Counted from the first letter of the stretch, positions 1-7,974 are shown. The stretch is DNA of 32,000 nucleotides from Candidatus Arthromitus sp. SFB-mouse-Japan (GCF_000270205.1 NC_015913.1:420001-452000); one strand, 5' to 3'. Translations and numbers: made by a program. Notes: generated by a model not told the origin, from the letters alone.

Positions 1-111
1 AAGCCTGTCGAATCTACAGCTGAATCTAAATCAGTTGATGTAAATAATATGACGTACTCTGAGTTAGTGTCTTATATGTCTAATAACCCAGATTTTAAAC
101 TTAATAATTAG
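1..111 (+). CDS. 3' end of an ORF entering from the left edge (possible phage scaffold/head-assembly protein, by position only)
   Basis: Frame 1 is open from base 1 to TAG at 109-111 (KPVESTAESKSVDVNNMTYSELVSYMSNNPDFKLNN*). It lies directly upstream of the capsid-like ORF. Function is inferred from synteny only. Confidence 0.3.
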   Translation, partial: KPVESTAESKSVDVNNMTYSELVSYMSNNPDFKLNN

Positions 112-119
112 GAGGTATT

Positions 120-1106
120 ATGAGATTTGATTCAAAACTTTTTAATCCACAAGCATTTGGTAGTTATGTAGACCGTATACCAAATGTGACTAAAAATGAA
201 TTAGCAAGGAGTGCTGCAGTTGGAACAAATGAGCAAGCAGCGAGATCATTATCCACTCAAACAGGATCTTTATATACGAGAGTACCTTATTTCGGAAGGA
301 TAAGTGCTCAAACATCTCAAAACAATGATGGTGCTACTGATATAACATCTACAAATACATCAACTTATTCTCAGGGATTTGTTGTTGCTAGCAGGATGGA
401 TGGCTGGACAGAGCGTAGTTTTAGTAAAAATATTACTGCAGGCGTTGATTTTATGGATAACGTTGCTAAGCAAATAGCAGATTATAAAATGGAAGTTAAG
501 CAAAATATATTGTTAGCTATGCTTAAAGGTATTTTTTCTATGTCTGTTTGTACAAGTACAATAGAGGAGCAAGCAGCTAAAGAATTTATTGAAAAGAACA
601 CTTATGATTTAAGTACTAAAACAGGTGATTACAGCAAGGATTTATATTCCATTATAACCTTACCAAATGGAGAAAAAAAGGCTATAAAATCTGTGATTTT
701 TGAGTCGTATGGTACAAATAGGTTTATGAATTTATTTCCTATATTAAATTTAATTATCAAAAAAGGTGGAACTTTAATTATTGATGAATTTGATGCATCT
801 ATTCATCCTATGGCTATTATAAACATAATTAATATTTTCCATAACGGTGAAATTAACATTAAAAATGCACAATTGATTTTTAACACCCATAATCCAATAT
901 TTTTAAGGGATACTGTATTTAGAAGAGATGAAATAAAATTTACAGAACGTAATGATGGGGATTATAGTATTTTATATTCTTTGTCATATTTTAAAGGAAT
1001 TGATAAATCACGTAAGGCTAGAGATTACTCAGAAAATTATTTTATAGGTATGTATGGAGCGGTTAAAGATATTAATTTTACATCTATTTTCACTCAAGAG
1101 AATTAA
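120..1106 (+). pseudogene. Chimeric ORF: N-terminal ~175 aa of an SPP1 gp13-like phage major capsid protein fused in frame to the C-terminal half of an AAA_21/AbiLi-type ATPase (Walker A absent)
   Basis: AGGAGG at 110-115 lies 4 nt before the ATG. Residues 1-170 have the N-terminal LFNP motif and (V)AKQIADYKMEVKQNILLAMLKGIFSMS, resembling SPP1-type capsids (FNP..., ...AELAGVFSND). Residues ~190-328 carry ATPase motifs: SYGTNRFMNLFPIL, Walker B TLIIDEFDASIHP (nt 771-809) and H-loop IFNTHNPIFL (nt ~876-905). No GxxGxGK[ST] P-loop occurs anywhere in the 328 aa. Confidence 0.6.
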
Positions 1107-1111
1107 TATTT

Positions 1112-1762
1112 ATGGATAGGAAACAAACAAAAAAATATTTGATTTTAGTTGAAGGTCAAGATGAAGAGTTATATTTTAAGAGGCTCGAACAATTTATTAA
1201 TTTATGTGAAGATGTAAAATATAAAGTTAGTATAAACATTAAAGTAATAAGAAATAATTTTTCTAGTTTTATTAAGAAAAATAGTAGTATTTCTTTGAAT
1301 ACCGTGATTTATTTTGTATATGATTATGAAGGTAATGAGGAGTATTTTAAGAAAAATGTATTATCTAATATTAAAAGCTGCAGGAATATAAAAAAGGGTA
1401 TGCAATTTGTATTAGGATATAATAATTTAAGTATAGAACTATGGATGTTATTACATAAGACTATGTTTAAAAGAAGTGTTATTCATATTGGAGACTATTT
1501 GGAATTTATAAATAGGCAGTTTAATGAAAAAATTGAATCGATAAATACATTCAAACAAGAAACAAATTTTAAAAAATGTCTTAGTAAAATAACTTTAGAT
1601 AATGTTAAAAAGGCTGTTAAAAGAGCTGATAAAATAATGGAAGATCTAAAAAAAGACGAACAACAAATGGAGTATAAGGGATTTAGATATTATAGAAAAA
1701 ATCCGTCACTTACAACACATGAAATAGTTAGGATTATATTATCGGATTGTGAAATTTATTAA
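1112..1762 (+). CDS. RloB-like (Toprim-like) protein, AbiLii-type partner of AAA ATPases
   Basis: Starts 5 nt after the upstream stop, so the two are operonic. RloB family signatures are present: N-terminal YLILVEGQDEELYF (aa 9-22), acidic FVYDYEG (aa 68-74) and GYNNLSIELWMLLH (aa 102-115, compare SNPCFELWLLLH). Confidence 0.7.
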   Translation: MDRKQTKKYLILVEGQDEELYFKRLEQFINLCEDVKYKVSINIKVIRNNFSSFIKKNSSISLNTVIYFVYDYEGNEEYFKKNVLSNIKSCRNIKKGMQFVLGYNNLSIELWMLLHKTMFKRSVIHIGDYLEFINRQFNEKIESINTFKQETNFKKCLSKITLDNVKKAVKRADKIMEDLKKDEQQMEYKGFRYYRKNPSLTTHEIVRIILSDCEIY

Positions 1763-1820
1763 TTTAAATATAAATTAATAATAATCTTAATATCATCTAT
1801 ATTAAATTCGGCGGGCTAAA

Positions 1821-1886
1821 TTAAGTTAAATAGAAAGCAATACATCAATTTATAAAATATTTCTGTTTAACTTAATTGTTTTTTAT
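1821..1886 (+). terminator. Long AT-rich hairpin plus T-tract downstream of the RloB gene
   Basis: ttaagttaaatagaaa (1821-1836) pairs with tttctgtttaacttaa (1860-1875) at 15/16. It is followed by ttgttttttat. Confidence 0.4.
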
Positions 1887-2078
1887 AAGATGTATGTTTA
1901 GGTTGGATATATGCTTGGTTGAGATAGATCGAATTTGCTAAGGGTACATAACTTGACGGCTGAACAATGATTTCGGTATGCTTACCAATTTCAAAAACCA
2001 ATAAATTATGTTGAATCATATAAGCTATAAAAAGAGGTTCTAAATTGGACTAAGCGCTGTAAAGTTTTTAATTAATGA

Positions 2079-2405
2079 TTTGGAGCTGCTAGGAGATTAT
2101 ATAGGAAATGGGATAATGTAAAACATATTAGGCAAAATATCAAAACTATAAAAGGCAGAAATAAAAAGGCAAAAAATAAGATAGGTAATGGATTATGGGG
2201 AATAAGTGTAAAAATAAAGGAACGATTAAATGGTAAGGATTTAAAATTTGGTGTTATTGTTACATTGAGGGAGGTTAGCGTTATTAATAGAATTCAAGAA
2301 TGTATACAGCAATGTCATTTTAGAGGGTGGATAGTTAGTAGAATAGACGTAGAGAATAGAATCGATTTATATAATAAAGTGGAAGAAGAAATTGTATTTG
2401 ATTAA
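2079..2405 (+). pseudogene. Start-less C-terminal gene relic of unknown family
   Basis: 109 sense codons are open to TAA at 2403-2405 (...RKWDNVKHIRQNIKTIKGRNKKAKNKIGNGLWGISVKIKERLNGKDLKFGVIVTLREVSVINRIQECIQQCHFRGWIVSRIDVENRIDLYNKVEEEIVFD*). That is far longer than expected by chance in this AT-rich DNA. The first ATG/GTG/TTG in frame is at 2265, and the same frame upstream is broken by four stops (1968, 2028, 2073, 2076). Confidence 0.35.
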
Positions 2406-2477
2406 TTAAATAAGCCCTAAATTTTTATAAGAGTGAGGGTTAATAATATAATTATTATTGAAGTTGATAAGAATATC

Positions 2478-2509
2478 AAAGAGAGAGCTTAAGCTCTCTT
2501 TTATTTTTG
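2478..2509 (+). terminator. Rho-independent terminator
   Basis: aaagagagagc-ttaa-gctctctttt stem-loop followed by atttttg. Confidence 0.55.
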
Positions 2510-2597
2510 TTGGCATCAACTATTATTCGCAAACATTGAGTAAACAACTATAAGTTATTATAAAACCTTTTAGATGAGGTTTTATAAATATCAATGT

Positions 2598-2626
2598 TTG
2601 ACTTACTATAATTTGTGTAATATTAT
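2598..2626 (+). promoter_or_regulatory. Sigma-A type promoter candidate
   Basis: TTGACT (2598-2603), 17 nt spacer, TATTAT (2621-2626). Confidence 0.35.
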
Positions 2627-2643
2627 TTATTTGGGGAAGTGTT

Positions 2644-2694
2644 ATGTTTTTATTGTATTACTTAATAATTTTATTTACTCATAGAATATATTGA
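2644..2694 (+). CDS. 16-codon hydrophobic mini-ORF (leader peptide or small membrane peptide candidate)
   Basis: GGGGA lies 6 nt upstream of ATG 2644. The ORF encodes MFLLYYLIILFTHRIY* and sits about 20 nt downstream of the promoter candidate. It is too short to assess by composition. Confidence 0.2.
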   Translation: MFLLYYLIILFTHRIY

Positions 2695-2923
2695 ACTATT
2701 GTAGGTAATATTTAAGAGTGAAATAAATGTTGGCATTTTCTGCAATTTGCCAACATTGATCAAATAAATATAAGTTATGATGAAACATGGTACGTTATTT
2801 AAAATATTTTAGATTCGTTAAAAATACAGTTTTGTTCGTAGTGTAAGTTATTAAGAATTATATGTGATAAGCGTAGAGTAAAATAGCACTACATCTGAAT
2901 ATTTTATGGAGGTTAGCTACTAA

Positions 2924-3532
2924 ATGCTTAAGAAATTAAACTTAAGAGATTTAATATTCTTTTTTGGTGGGATGATTTTATTAGCTTTAGGTATAAGGAT
3001 TATTAGTTTATCAAATCTTGGGTTATCCTTTTCAGATGCACTTTTCCTAAGGATTTCTGAAATTTTTAATATTCCAGCATTGTTATCTAGTTTTATAGTT
3101 GGAGTATTTACCATTATTGTAGCTAGTATTATTTTAAAAAAACGCCCAAGAATTGAATGTTTATTGATATCTTTTATGGTTGGGTTTTTTGTTGATTTTT
3201 GGAACTTACTTATAAGTGATGTTCCAGTTAATAGTGTTTTAATGAATATTTTAGTTTTTTTTGTTGGGGTATTTATATTATCAATCGGTATTTCTATATA
3301 TCTTCAACCAGGATATCCACCTCACCCTAATGATTTCTTATTTATGTCCATAAAAAATAGGTTTAATATTTCAATTTTTAAAGCTAAAATTTTAATGGAT
3401 TTAATATTTGCAGTTTTTTCGTTATTGTTTATGGCAAAAATAGGTATAGGAAGTATTTTTAATACTTTATGTTTAGGTTTTTTTATAAATAAAGGGTTTG
3501 ATATATTTCGAAAGATATATAATAGTAAATAA
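2924..3532 (+). CDS. Polytopic membrane protein (YczE/YitT-like, about 5-6 TM)
   Basis: GGAGG at 2910-2914. The 202 aa are almost entirely hydrophobic helices. The N-terminus FFFGGMILLALGIRIISLSNLGLSFSDAL resembles YczE/YitT-type proteins. The family name is tentative. Confidence 0.55.
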   Translation: MLKKLNLRDLIFFFGGMILLALGIRIISLSNLGLSFSDALFLRISEIFNIPALLSSFIVGVFTIIVASIILKKRPRIECLLISFMVGFFVDFWNLLISDVPVNSVLMNILVFFVGVFILSIGISIYLQPGYPPHPNDFLFMSIKNRFNISIFKAKILMDLIFAVFSLLFMAKIGIGSIFNTLCLGFFINKGFDIFRKIYNSK

Positions 3533-3603
3533 TTTTTGTGTCAAAATTTATGGTTATCCATATAATATAGTTGAAGTTTCATATATTTTTGGGAGATATA
3601 TTT

Positions 3604-4158
3604 ATGGATAACATGGATATAAAAAATAAACTTAAGGGAACGAAGACTGAAAGAAATTTATGGGAAGCATTTATGGGAGAGTGCGAAGCTAGGGTACGCT
3701 ATGAATTATTTGGGAATATAGCAAGGAGAGAAGGCTATGAGCAAATTGGTTCTATATTCGATAAAACGTCTTTAAATGAAAGGGAACATGCAGAAATTTG
3801 GTGTGAATATCTTGGACAATTGTCTGATACTGTTAAAAATTTAAAGACTTGCATAAAGAATGAACATTATGAAGCAAAAGAGATGTATATAAATTTTTCA
3901 AATACTGCTAGAGATGAAGGATTTTTGGAATTAGCAGAAAAGTTTAAGATGGTTGCCCAAATTGAAGATGTTCATGAAAAGAGATTTTCAAGACTTGAGA
4001 ATAACATATTAAATGGAGAAGTTTTTTATAAGGCTCAAGATGTTATATGGCAGTGTAGGGTTTGTGGATATTTAGAACATGGGGAATATGCTCCAGAAGT
4101 TTGTCCTGTTTGTACTCATCCACAATCATTTTATCAGTTGCAACAAGATAATTTTTAA
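3604..4158 (+). CDS. rbr: Rubrerythrin
   Basis: The N-terminal diiron four-helix region has ExxH motifs (EREHAEIW, EDVHEKRF). The C-terminal rubredoxin-like CRVCGY...CPVC is present. GGGAGA RBS lies 7 nt before ATG 3604. The TTG at 3571 in the ORF track is an unsupported extension. Confidence 0.9.
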   Translation: MDNMDIKNKLKGTKTERNLWEAFMGECEARVRYELFGNIARREGYEQIGSIFDKTSLNEREHAEIWCEYLGQLSDTVKNLKTCIKNEHYEAKEMYINFSNTARDEGFLELAEKFKMVAQIEDVHEKRFSRLENNILNGEVFYKAQDVIWQCRVCGYLEHGEYAPEVCPVCTHPQSFYQLQQDNF

Positions 4159-4172
4159 TTTAAAGAGCAATT

Positions 4173-4201
4173 AAGTAAGCAGAATTTTATTCTGCTTACT
4201 T
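4173..4201. terminator. Bidirectional hairpin between convergent genes
   Basis: Perfect 13-bp stem aagtaagcagaat/attctgcttactt with a ttt loop. It overlaps the stop codon of the minus-strand ORF. The flanking T-tracts are weak. Confidence 0.5.
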
Positions 4202-5575
4202 AGTTGCTTTTATTATTATATTTTTTAATGTTGATATCATTAGATAAATTAATCGCATGTTTATTCTTGAATCGAATTTAACTTTTGGTTTTGAAAATTT
4301 ATGTTTATCTTGTAAAAAGTGTATGTTTTTACATATTATGGGGGTCAGGTTACATTCGCTCATAGTCTTGTATAATGACGGTTTAAAGTATTTATCTGGT
4401 ATAATATTTTCGGCTTTATAATTAAATTGAAAGTATTTTTCGCTCTCATAATTTTTTGGAATGTTTGGAAACGATGAGAAGATTTTTGAAGGTATGAGTA
4501 CATCATTATAAAATTTTAAAGATTCATGTTTATTAAATTTTAGAAGATATAGCTCGTAAGCTATGATATCATAGGTGTCTATTATCTCGTTTTTACATAA
4601 ATTTTTATCCAAAAATATTTCGTCTAAGTCCCAAATGTATTCTGAAATTAATTTTTTTTGTTCAGAGAATGCGTCATTGTTTTGTTTTAATACACTTGAT
4701 TTTAACTCTATAAGGACGTTGTATAGTAAAAATTTATTATATGTGGATATTGATGATAGCGAGTACTTGGAGAAGAAATTTTCTACTATATCTAAGGATA
4801 AACTGATAATTGCAGTATTTGTGCAATTATCCACATTTATATACAGAATTAAAGCTTGAAGTAATTCTATAGATTTTTTGTTGGGATAATTTAATATATC
4901 ATTTTTAAATTCAATAAACATATTTTCAATTTCTTTTGAAAAGTTTAAAAATGGAAGTTTATATGGGCTTGTATCTTTTAAGAAGACTGAACATTTATAG
5001 AAACAAACCATTAAGTATGCCTGAGCTGAAAATTCAAAAGACGAATCAGATGAACTAAATGTAATATTATGATCTTTATTTTTATTATCATCTAATGTAA
5101 TTTTATTTACGAATAAGCCAAGTTCATTTCTAAAATTGTTAAGATAGTAATTTAATTGATATTTAGCACACGATACATAAAATTTAACTATATCGTTTCG
5201 TTTTTTTTCATTATATATTATTTTATCGTAGTATTCGGCTAGGTTTAAAATAGATAATGTCATATATGCATTGCTTAGTATATCAATATTTTTTTTAATT
5301 TTTTCTTGTTTCCAATGGTAAATATTATTTTCAGATTTTATCTTTGGCTTAGCTTTTTTGTATAAACATGCAAGTGGATATATGTGTTTGGTATTTAAAA
5401 GATCTGTAATTGGTGGCCTATTTTTAAATTCTTTTCCATTTATAATTTCCCCACACTTTGAGCTTAGGAGTATTTGTTTTAAGCTTTCTTTGGAAAAATT
5501 GAATAGTTGGTATTCAATCAAGGGATATTCAAGGGAATTTAATTTTAAAAATTTTCCTAAATGATTTTGATCCAT
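4196..5575 (-). CDS. Hypothetical protein, 459 aa, no recognisable motifs
   Basis: Long uninterrupted ORF in AT-rich DNA, GGTG-type RBS region (aggtgatttt) upstream of the ATG. Predicted soluble and helix-rich, with no signal peptide or TM segment apparent. Confidence 0.6.
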   Translation of the reverse strand: MDQNHLGKFLKLNSLEYPLIEYQLFNFSKESLKQILLSSKCGEIINGKEFKNRPPITDLLNTKHIYPLACLYKKAKPKIKSENNIYHWKQEKIKKNIDILSNAYMTLSILNLAEYYDKIIYNEKKRNDIVKFYVSCAKYQLNYYLNNFRNELGLFVNKITLDDNKNKDHNITFSSSDSSFEFSAQAYLMVCFYKCSVFLKDTSPYKLPFLNFSKEIENMFIEFKNDILNYPNKKSIELLQALILYINVDNCTNTAIISLSLDIVENFFSKYSLSSISTYNKFLLYNVLIELKSSVLKQNNDAFSEQKKLISEYIWDLDEIFLDKNLCKNEIIDTYDIIAYELYLLKFNKHESLKFYNDVLIPSKIFSSFPNIPKNYESEKYFQFNYKAENIIPDKYFKPSLYKTMSECNLTPIICKNIHFLQDKHKFSKPKVKFDSRINMRLIYLMISTLKNIIIKATK

Positions 5576-5676
5576 AAAATCACCTCATAATTATTATATT
5601 GTATTATGTATTTACAAAATACTAATATTAAAATTTTAATTAATATGTATGTTATAATATTTCAGAGGTGTTTTAA

Positions 5677-6654
5677 ATGAGAATGGGAAAATTGAATTTA
5701 AATGATCTTGATGACATAATCAAGAATTATACTGGAATAAGGAAAAAGAGTACGTTGTTAGCATCAGGTATTGGAGAGGATACTTGTATTATTGATATTA
5801 AATCAATTAAAGATAATTTGATGCTTATATCATCAGATCCAATTACATTTACTTCAAAGGATATTGGGAGATTTTCGGTGATAATAAATTCAAATGATAT
5901 ATATGCAACAGGAGGAAATGGTTATGGAATTATTTTGACTGTATTAATTCCGCCTAATAAGACGATTGAAGATTTTAAAATTTTAATGGAAGAAATAAAT
6001 AGTGAGTGTATAGAACATGATTTGGAAATTTTAGGAGGACATACAGAAGTTACAAATGTTGTTAATGATATAGTAATATCTGCAACTATCATAGGTACAG
6101 GAAATGAAAATGATATTGTAAGAACATCAACATCTAAAAAGGGGGATTTGATTTTTATTACAAAGCCATTAGGCATAGAGGGAACTATTCTTTTATTTGA
6201 TACAGTTAAAGATAAATTGAGTCTAGATTATTATGATGATATTAAAAAATTTAGAGAATGGTTGAGCGTACGAAAAGAGAGTATGATACTTAGAAATTTC
6301 GATATAAGTTCAATGCATGATATAACAGAAGGTGGTCTTATTGGAGCATTATTTGAAATGAGCTATGCATCTAGAAATGGTTTTAGGATTTTTTGTGAAA
6401 ATATAGAAGTTCACCCATTAACAAGAGAGATATGTTCGATGTTAAATAAAGATGTATTGCGACTTATATCTTCTGGAAATTTGATTTTTACATCGCATGA
6501 AACATATAAGGATGAAATATTAGAGGCGTTTGATAAGGAAAATATAAAATGTAGTGTAATAGGTGAAATTATAGATGAGGGTAATTATTTCATAAAATAT
6601 AATGGAATTAATAACAAGATTGTAAACACTATAGAGGATTCTTATTTGTTTTAA
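5677..6654 (+). CDS. AIR synthase-related (PurM/HypE/ThiL superfamily) protein
   Basis: N-terminal GKL..L...I......ASGIGEDTCIID motif, GGHTEV, and C-terminal MHDITEGGLIGAL, all typical of the PurM-like fold. Confidence 0.7.
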   Translation: MRMGKLNLNDLDDIIKNYTGIRKKSTLLASGIGEDTCIIDIKSIKDNLMLISSDPITFTSKDIGRFSVIINSNDIYATGGNGYGIILTVLIPPNKTIEDFKILMEEINSECIEHDLEILGGHTEVTNVVNDIVISATIIGTGNENDIVRTSTSKKGDLIFITKPLGIEGTILLFDTVKDKLSLDYYDDIKKFREWLSVRKESMILRNFDISSMHDITEGGLIGALFEMSYASRNGFRIFCENIEVHPLTREICSMLNKDVLRLISSGNLIFTSHETYKDEILEAFDKENIKCSVIGEIIDEGNYFIKYNGINNKIVNTIEDSYLF

Positions 6655-6673
6655 GGAGGTTTTAATTATTAAG

Positions 6674-7288
6674 ATGATTATTGCAAGTAATAATGTGAAT
6701 AAGGTAAGAGAGATAAGGGAGATATTTAATGATTTAGATTTTGATATTGTATCTTTAAAAGATGAAGATATTTTTATCAATGTGGTTGAAAATGGTAAAA
6801 CAATACATGAAAATTCTTATAAGAAGGCTAGAGAAATATATGAATATTTATTAAGAGTTGGTTATAAAAATTTTTGTGTATTAAGTGATGATAGTGGACT
6901 CATTATAGATTCATTGTCTGGATTACCTGGCGTTATGAGTGCAAGGTTTTTTGGGGATAACGCTACGGATGATGAAAATAATAATAAAGTTTTGAAATTA
7001 ATGGAGAATATAGATGATCCTCATAGGACTTCAAGTTTTTTGACTGTTTTAACATTAATATTAGAATCGGGAGAAGAAAAACAGTTTGAAGGAGAATTAA
7101 AAGGTAGTATTTTAAAGGAAAAAAGAGGAAAAAATGGATTTGGATATGATCCGATTTTTTATGTAGATGTGTTTAGAAAGACACTCGGGGAAGTTTCTTG
7201 CGAGGATAAGAATTCTATATCTCATAGGTATATTGCATTAAATAAGGTTAGAAAATATTTAATTAAGTATAGTTTAAAAAAACATTAA
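6674..7288 (+). CDS. rdgB: RdgB/HAM1 non-canonical purine NTP pyrophosphatase
   Basis: MIIASNN.NKVREI N-terminus, SDDSGL, GLPGVMSARF, GFGYDPIF and SHR motifs. The start is somewhat uncertain because GGAGG lies 14 nt upstream. Confidence 0.85.
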   Translation: MIIASNNVNKVREIREIFNDLDFDIVSLKDEDIFINVVENGKTIHENSYKKAREIYEYLLRVGYKNFCVLSDDSGLIIDSLSGLPGVMSARFFGDNATDDENNNKVLKLMENIDDPHRTSSFLTVLTLILESGEEKQFEGELKGSILKEKRGKNGFGYDPIFYVDVFRKTLGEVSCEDKNSISHRYIALNKVRKYLIKYSLKKH

Positions 7289-7296
7289 AATGTATA

Positions 7297-7325
7297 TTGA
7301 CAATATAACTATATTGATATATAAT
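7297..7325 (+). promoter_or_regulatory. Consensus sigma-A promoter of the tRNA operon
   Basis: TTGACA (7297-7302), 17 nt spacer, TATAAT (7320-7325), about 60 nt upstream of the first tRNA. Confidence 0.65.
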
Positions 7326-7385
7326 GGATTATGTGGAAAGTAAGGACACGTTGAGTATGTTAATTTGCTTAGGTTCTTAATTTAT

Positions 7386-7461
7386 CGGGGTGTGGCGCAG
7401 ATGGGAGCGCGCGTGCTTTGGGAGCATGAGGTCGCAGGTTCGAGCCCTGTCACCCCGACCA
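7386..7461 (+). tRNA. tRNA-Pro (UGG)
   Basis: Acceptor cggggtg/caccccg, anticodon loop TTTGGGA, T-loop ttcgagc, encoded CCA. Confidence 0.9.
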
Positions 7462-7464
7462 TTT

Positions 7465-7538
7465 GCGGGTATCGTATATCGGTAATACTCCAGCCTTCCA
7501 AGCTGGCAAGGTGGGTTCGATTCCCACTACCCGCTCCA
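7465..7538 (+). tRNA. tRNA-Gly (UCC), copy 1
   Basis: Acceptor gcgggta/tacccgc, anticodon loop CTTCCAA, T-loop ttcgatt, encoded CCA. Confidence 0.9.
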
Positions 7539-7545
7539 AAGGTGT

Positions 7546-7622
7546 GGTGAATGTAGTTCAGTTGGTAGAGCGCCAGATTGTGGTTCTGGTTGTCGTGGGT
7601 TCGAGTCCCATCATTCACCCCA
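7546..7622 (+). tRNA. tRNA-His (GUG)
   Basis: Extra G-1 pairs with C73, acceptor gtgaatg/cattcac, anticodon loop TTGTGGT, encoded CCA. Confidence 0.9.
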
Positions 7623-7628
7623 TAAAAT

Positions 7629-7704
7629 AGGGATATAGCCAAGTTGGTAAGGCAACGGACTTTGACTCCGTCATGCGTAGGTTCGAGTCCTGCTATCCCT
7701 GCCA
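7629..7704 (+). tRNA. tRNA-Gln (UUG)
   Basis: Acceptor agggata/tatccct, anticodon loop CTTTGAC, encoded CCA. Confidence 0.9.
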
Positions 7705-7708
7705 ATAT

Positions 7709-7784
7709 GGTTCGTTAGCTCAGGTGGTAGAGCACATGACTTTTAATCATGGTGTCCGGGGTTCGAGTCCCCGACGAATCACCA
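7709..7784 (+). tRNA. tRNA-Lys (UUU)
   Basis: Acceptor ggttcgt/acgaatc, anticodon loop CTTTTAA, encoded CCA. Confidence 0.9.
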
Positions 7785-7790
7785 GAAAAT

Positions 7791-7875
7791 GCAGGTGTGG
7801 CGGAACTGGCAGACGCACTAGACTTAGGATCTAGCGCCTTACGGCGTGGGGGTTCGACTCCCTTCACCTGCACCA
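7791..7875 (+). tRNA. tRNA-Leu (UAG)
   Basis: Acceptor gcaggtg/cacctgc, anticodon loop CTTAGGA, long variable arm (gcgccttacggcgt), encoded CCA. Confidence 0.9.
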
Positions 7876-7893
7876 TATAAATTTTGTTTTGTT

Positions 7894-7969
7894 GCGGGAG
7901 TAGCTCAGTTGGTAGAGTGCCACCTTGCCAAGGTGGATGTCGCGAGTTCGAGCCTCGTCTTCCGCTCCA
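7894..7969 (+). tRNA. tRNA-Gly (GCC)
   Basis: Acceptor gcgggag/cttccgc, anticodon loop TTGCCAA, encoded CCA. Confidence 0.9.
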
Positions 7970-7974
7970 GATGT

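Larger units (their letters stand above)
1..2520. mobile_element. Degraded prophage / defence-island remnant (head-module tail, truncated AbiL-like cassette, gene relics)
   Basis: Contains a scaffold-like ORF end, a capsid N-terminal fragment, an ATPase fragment, an RloB gene and a start-less 109-codon open frame. No integrase, att sites or other phage modules are visible. The right boundary is approximate and the left boundary is outside the window. Confidence 0.4.

Noticed and set aside
1867-2019. 50-aa minus-strand ORF (MIQHNLLVFEIGKHTEIIVQPSSYVPLANSIYLNQAYIQPKHTSYKKQLS*)
   Set aside because: It has no RBS, no recognisable motif, and lies in a region full of broken frames. I treat it as a possible relic, not a gene.
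2100-2230. Recurring AGGCA(A/G)AA words that looked like a ToxI-style tandem RNA repeat
   Set aside because: The spacing is irregular (22 and 15 nt), and the words fall in the lysine-rich part of the 109-codon open frame. It is coding-derived low complexity, not a tandem array.
2836-2893. Possible riboswitch in the leader of the YczE-like gene (gtagtg ... cactac pairing, repeated cgtag words)
   Set aside because: It is only a single 6-bp helix with no resemblance to any riboswitch core I can recognise. That is insufficient evidence.
3571-3603. N-terminal extensions offered by the ORF track (rbr 3571, zinc-ribbon 21446, yaaA 24631, SPOR-like 27283)
   Set aside because: Downstream ATGs have properly spaced Shine-Dalgarno sequences. 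Two of the extensions (24631, 27283) run through the upstream gene's intrinsic terminator.
3533-3603. PerR box upstream of rubrerythrin
   Set aside because: GTTATCCATATAATAT superficially resembles TTATAAT-N-ATTATAA, but the half-sites are not inverted repeats of each other.
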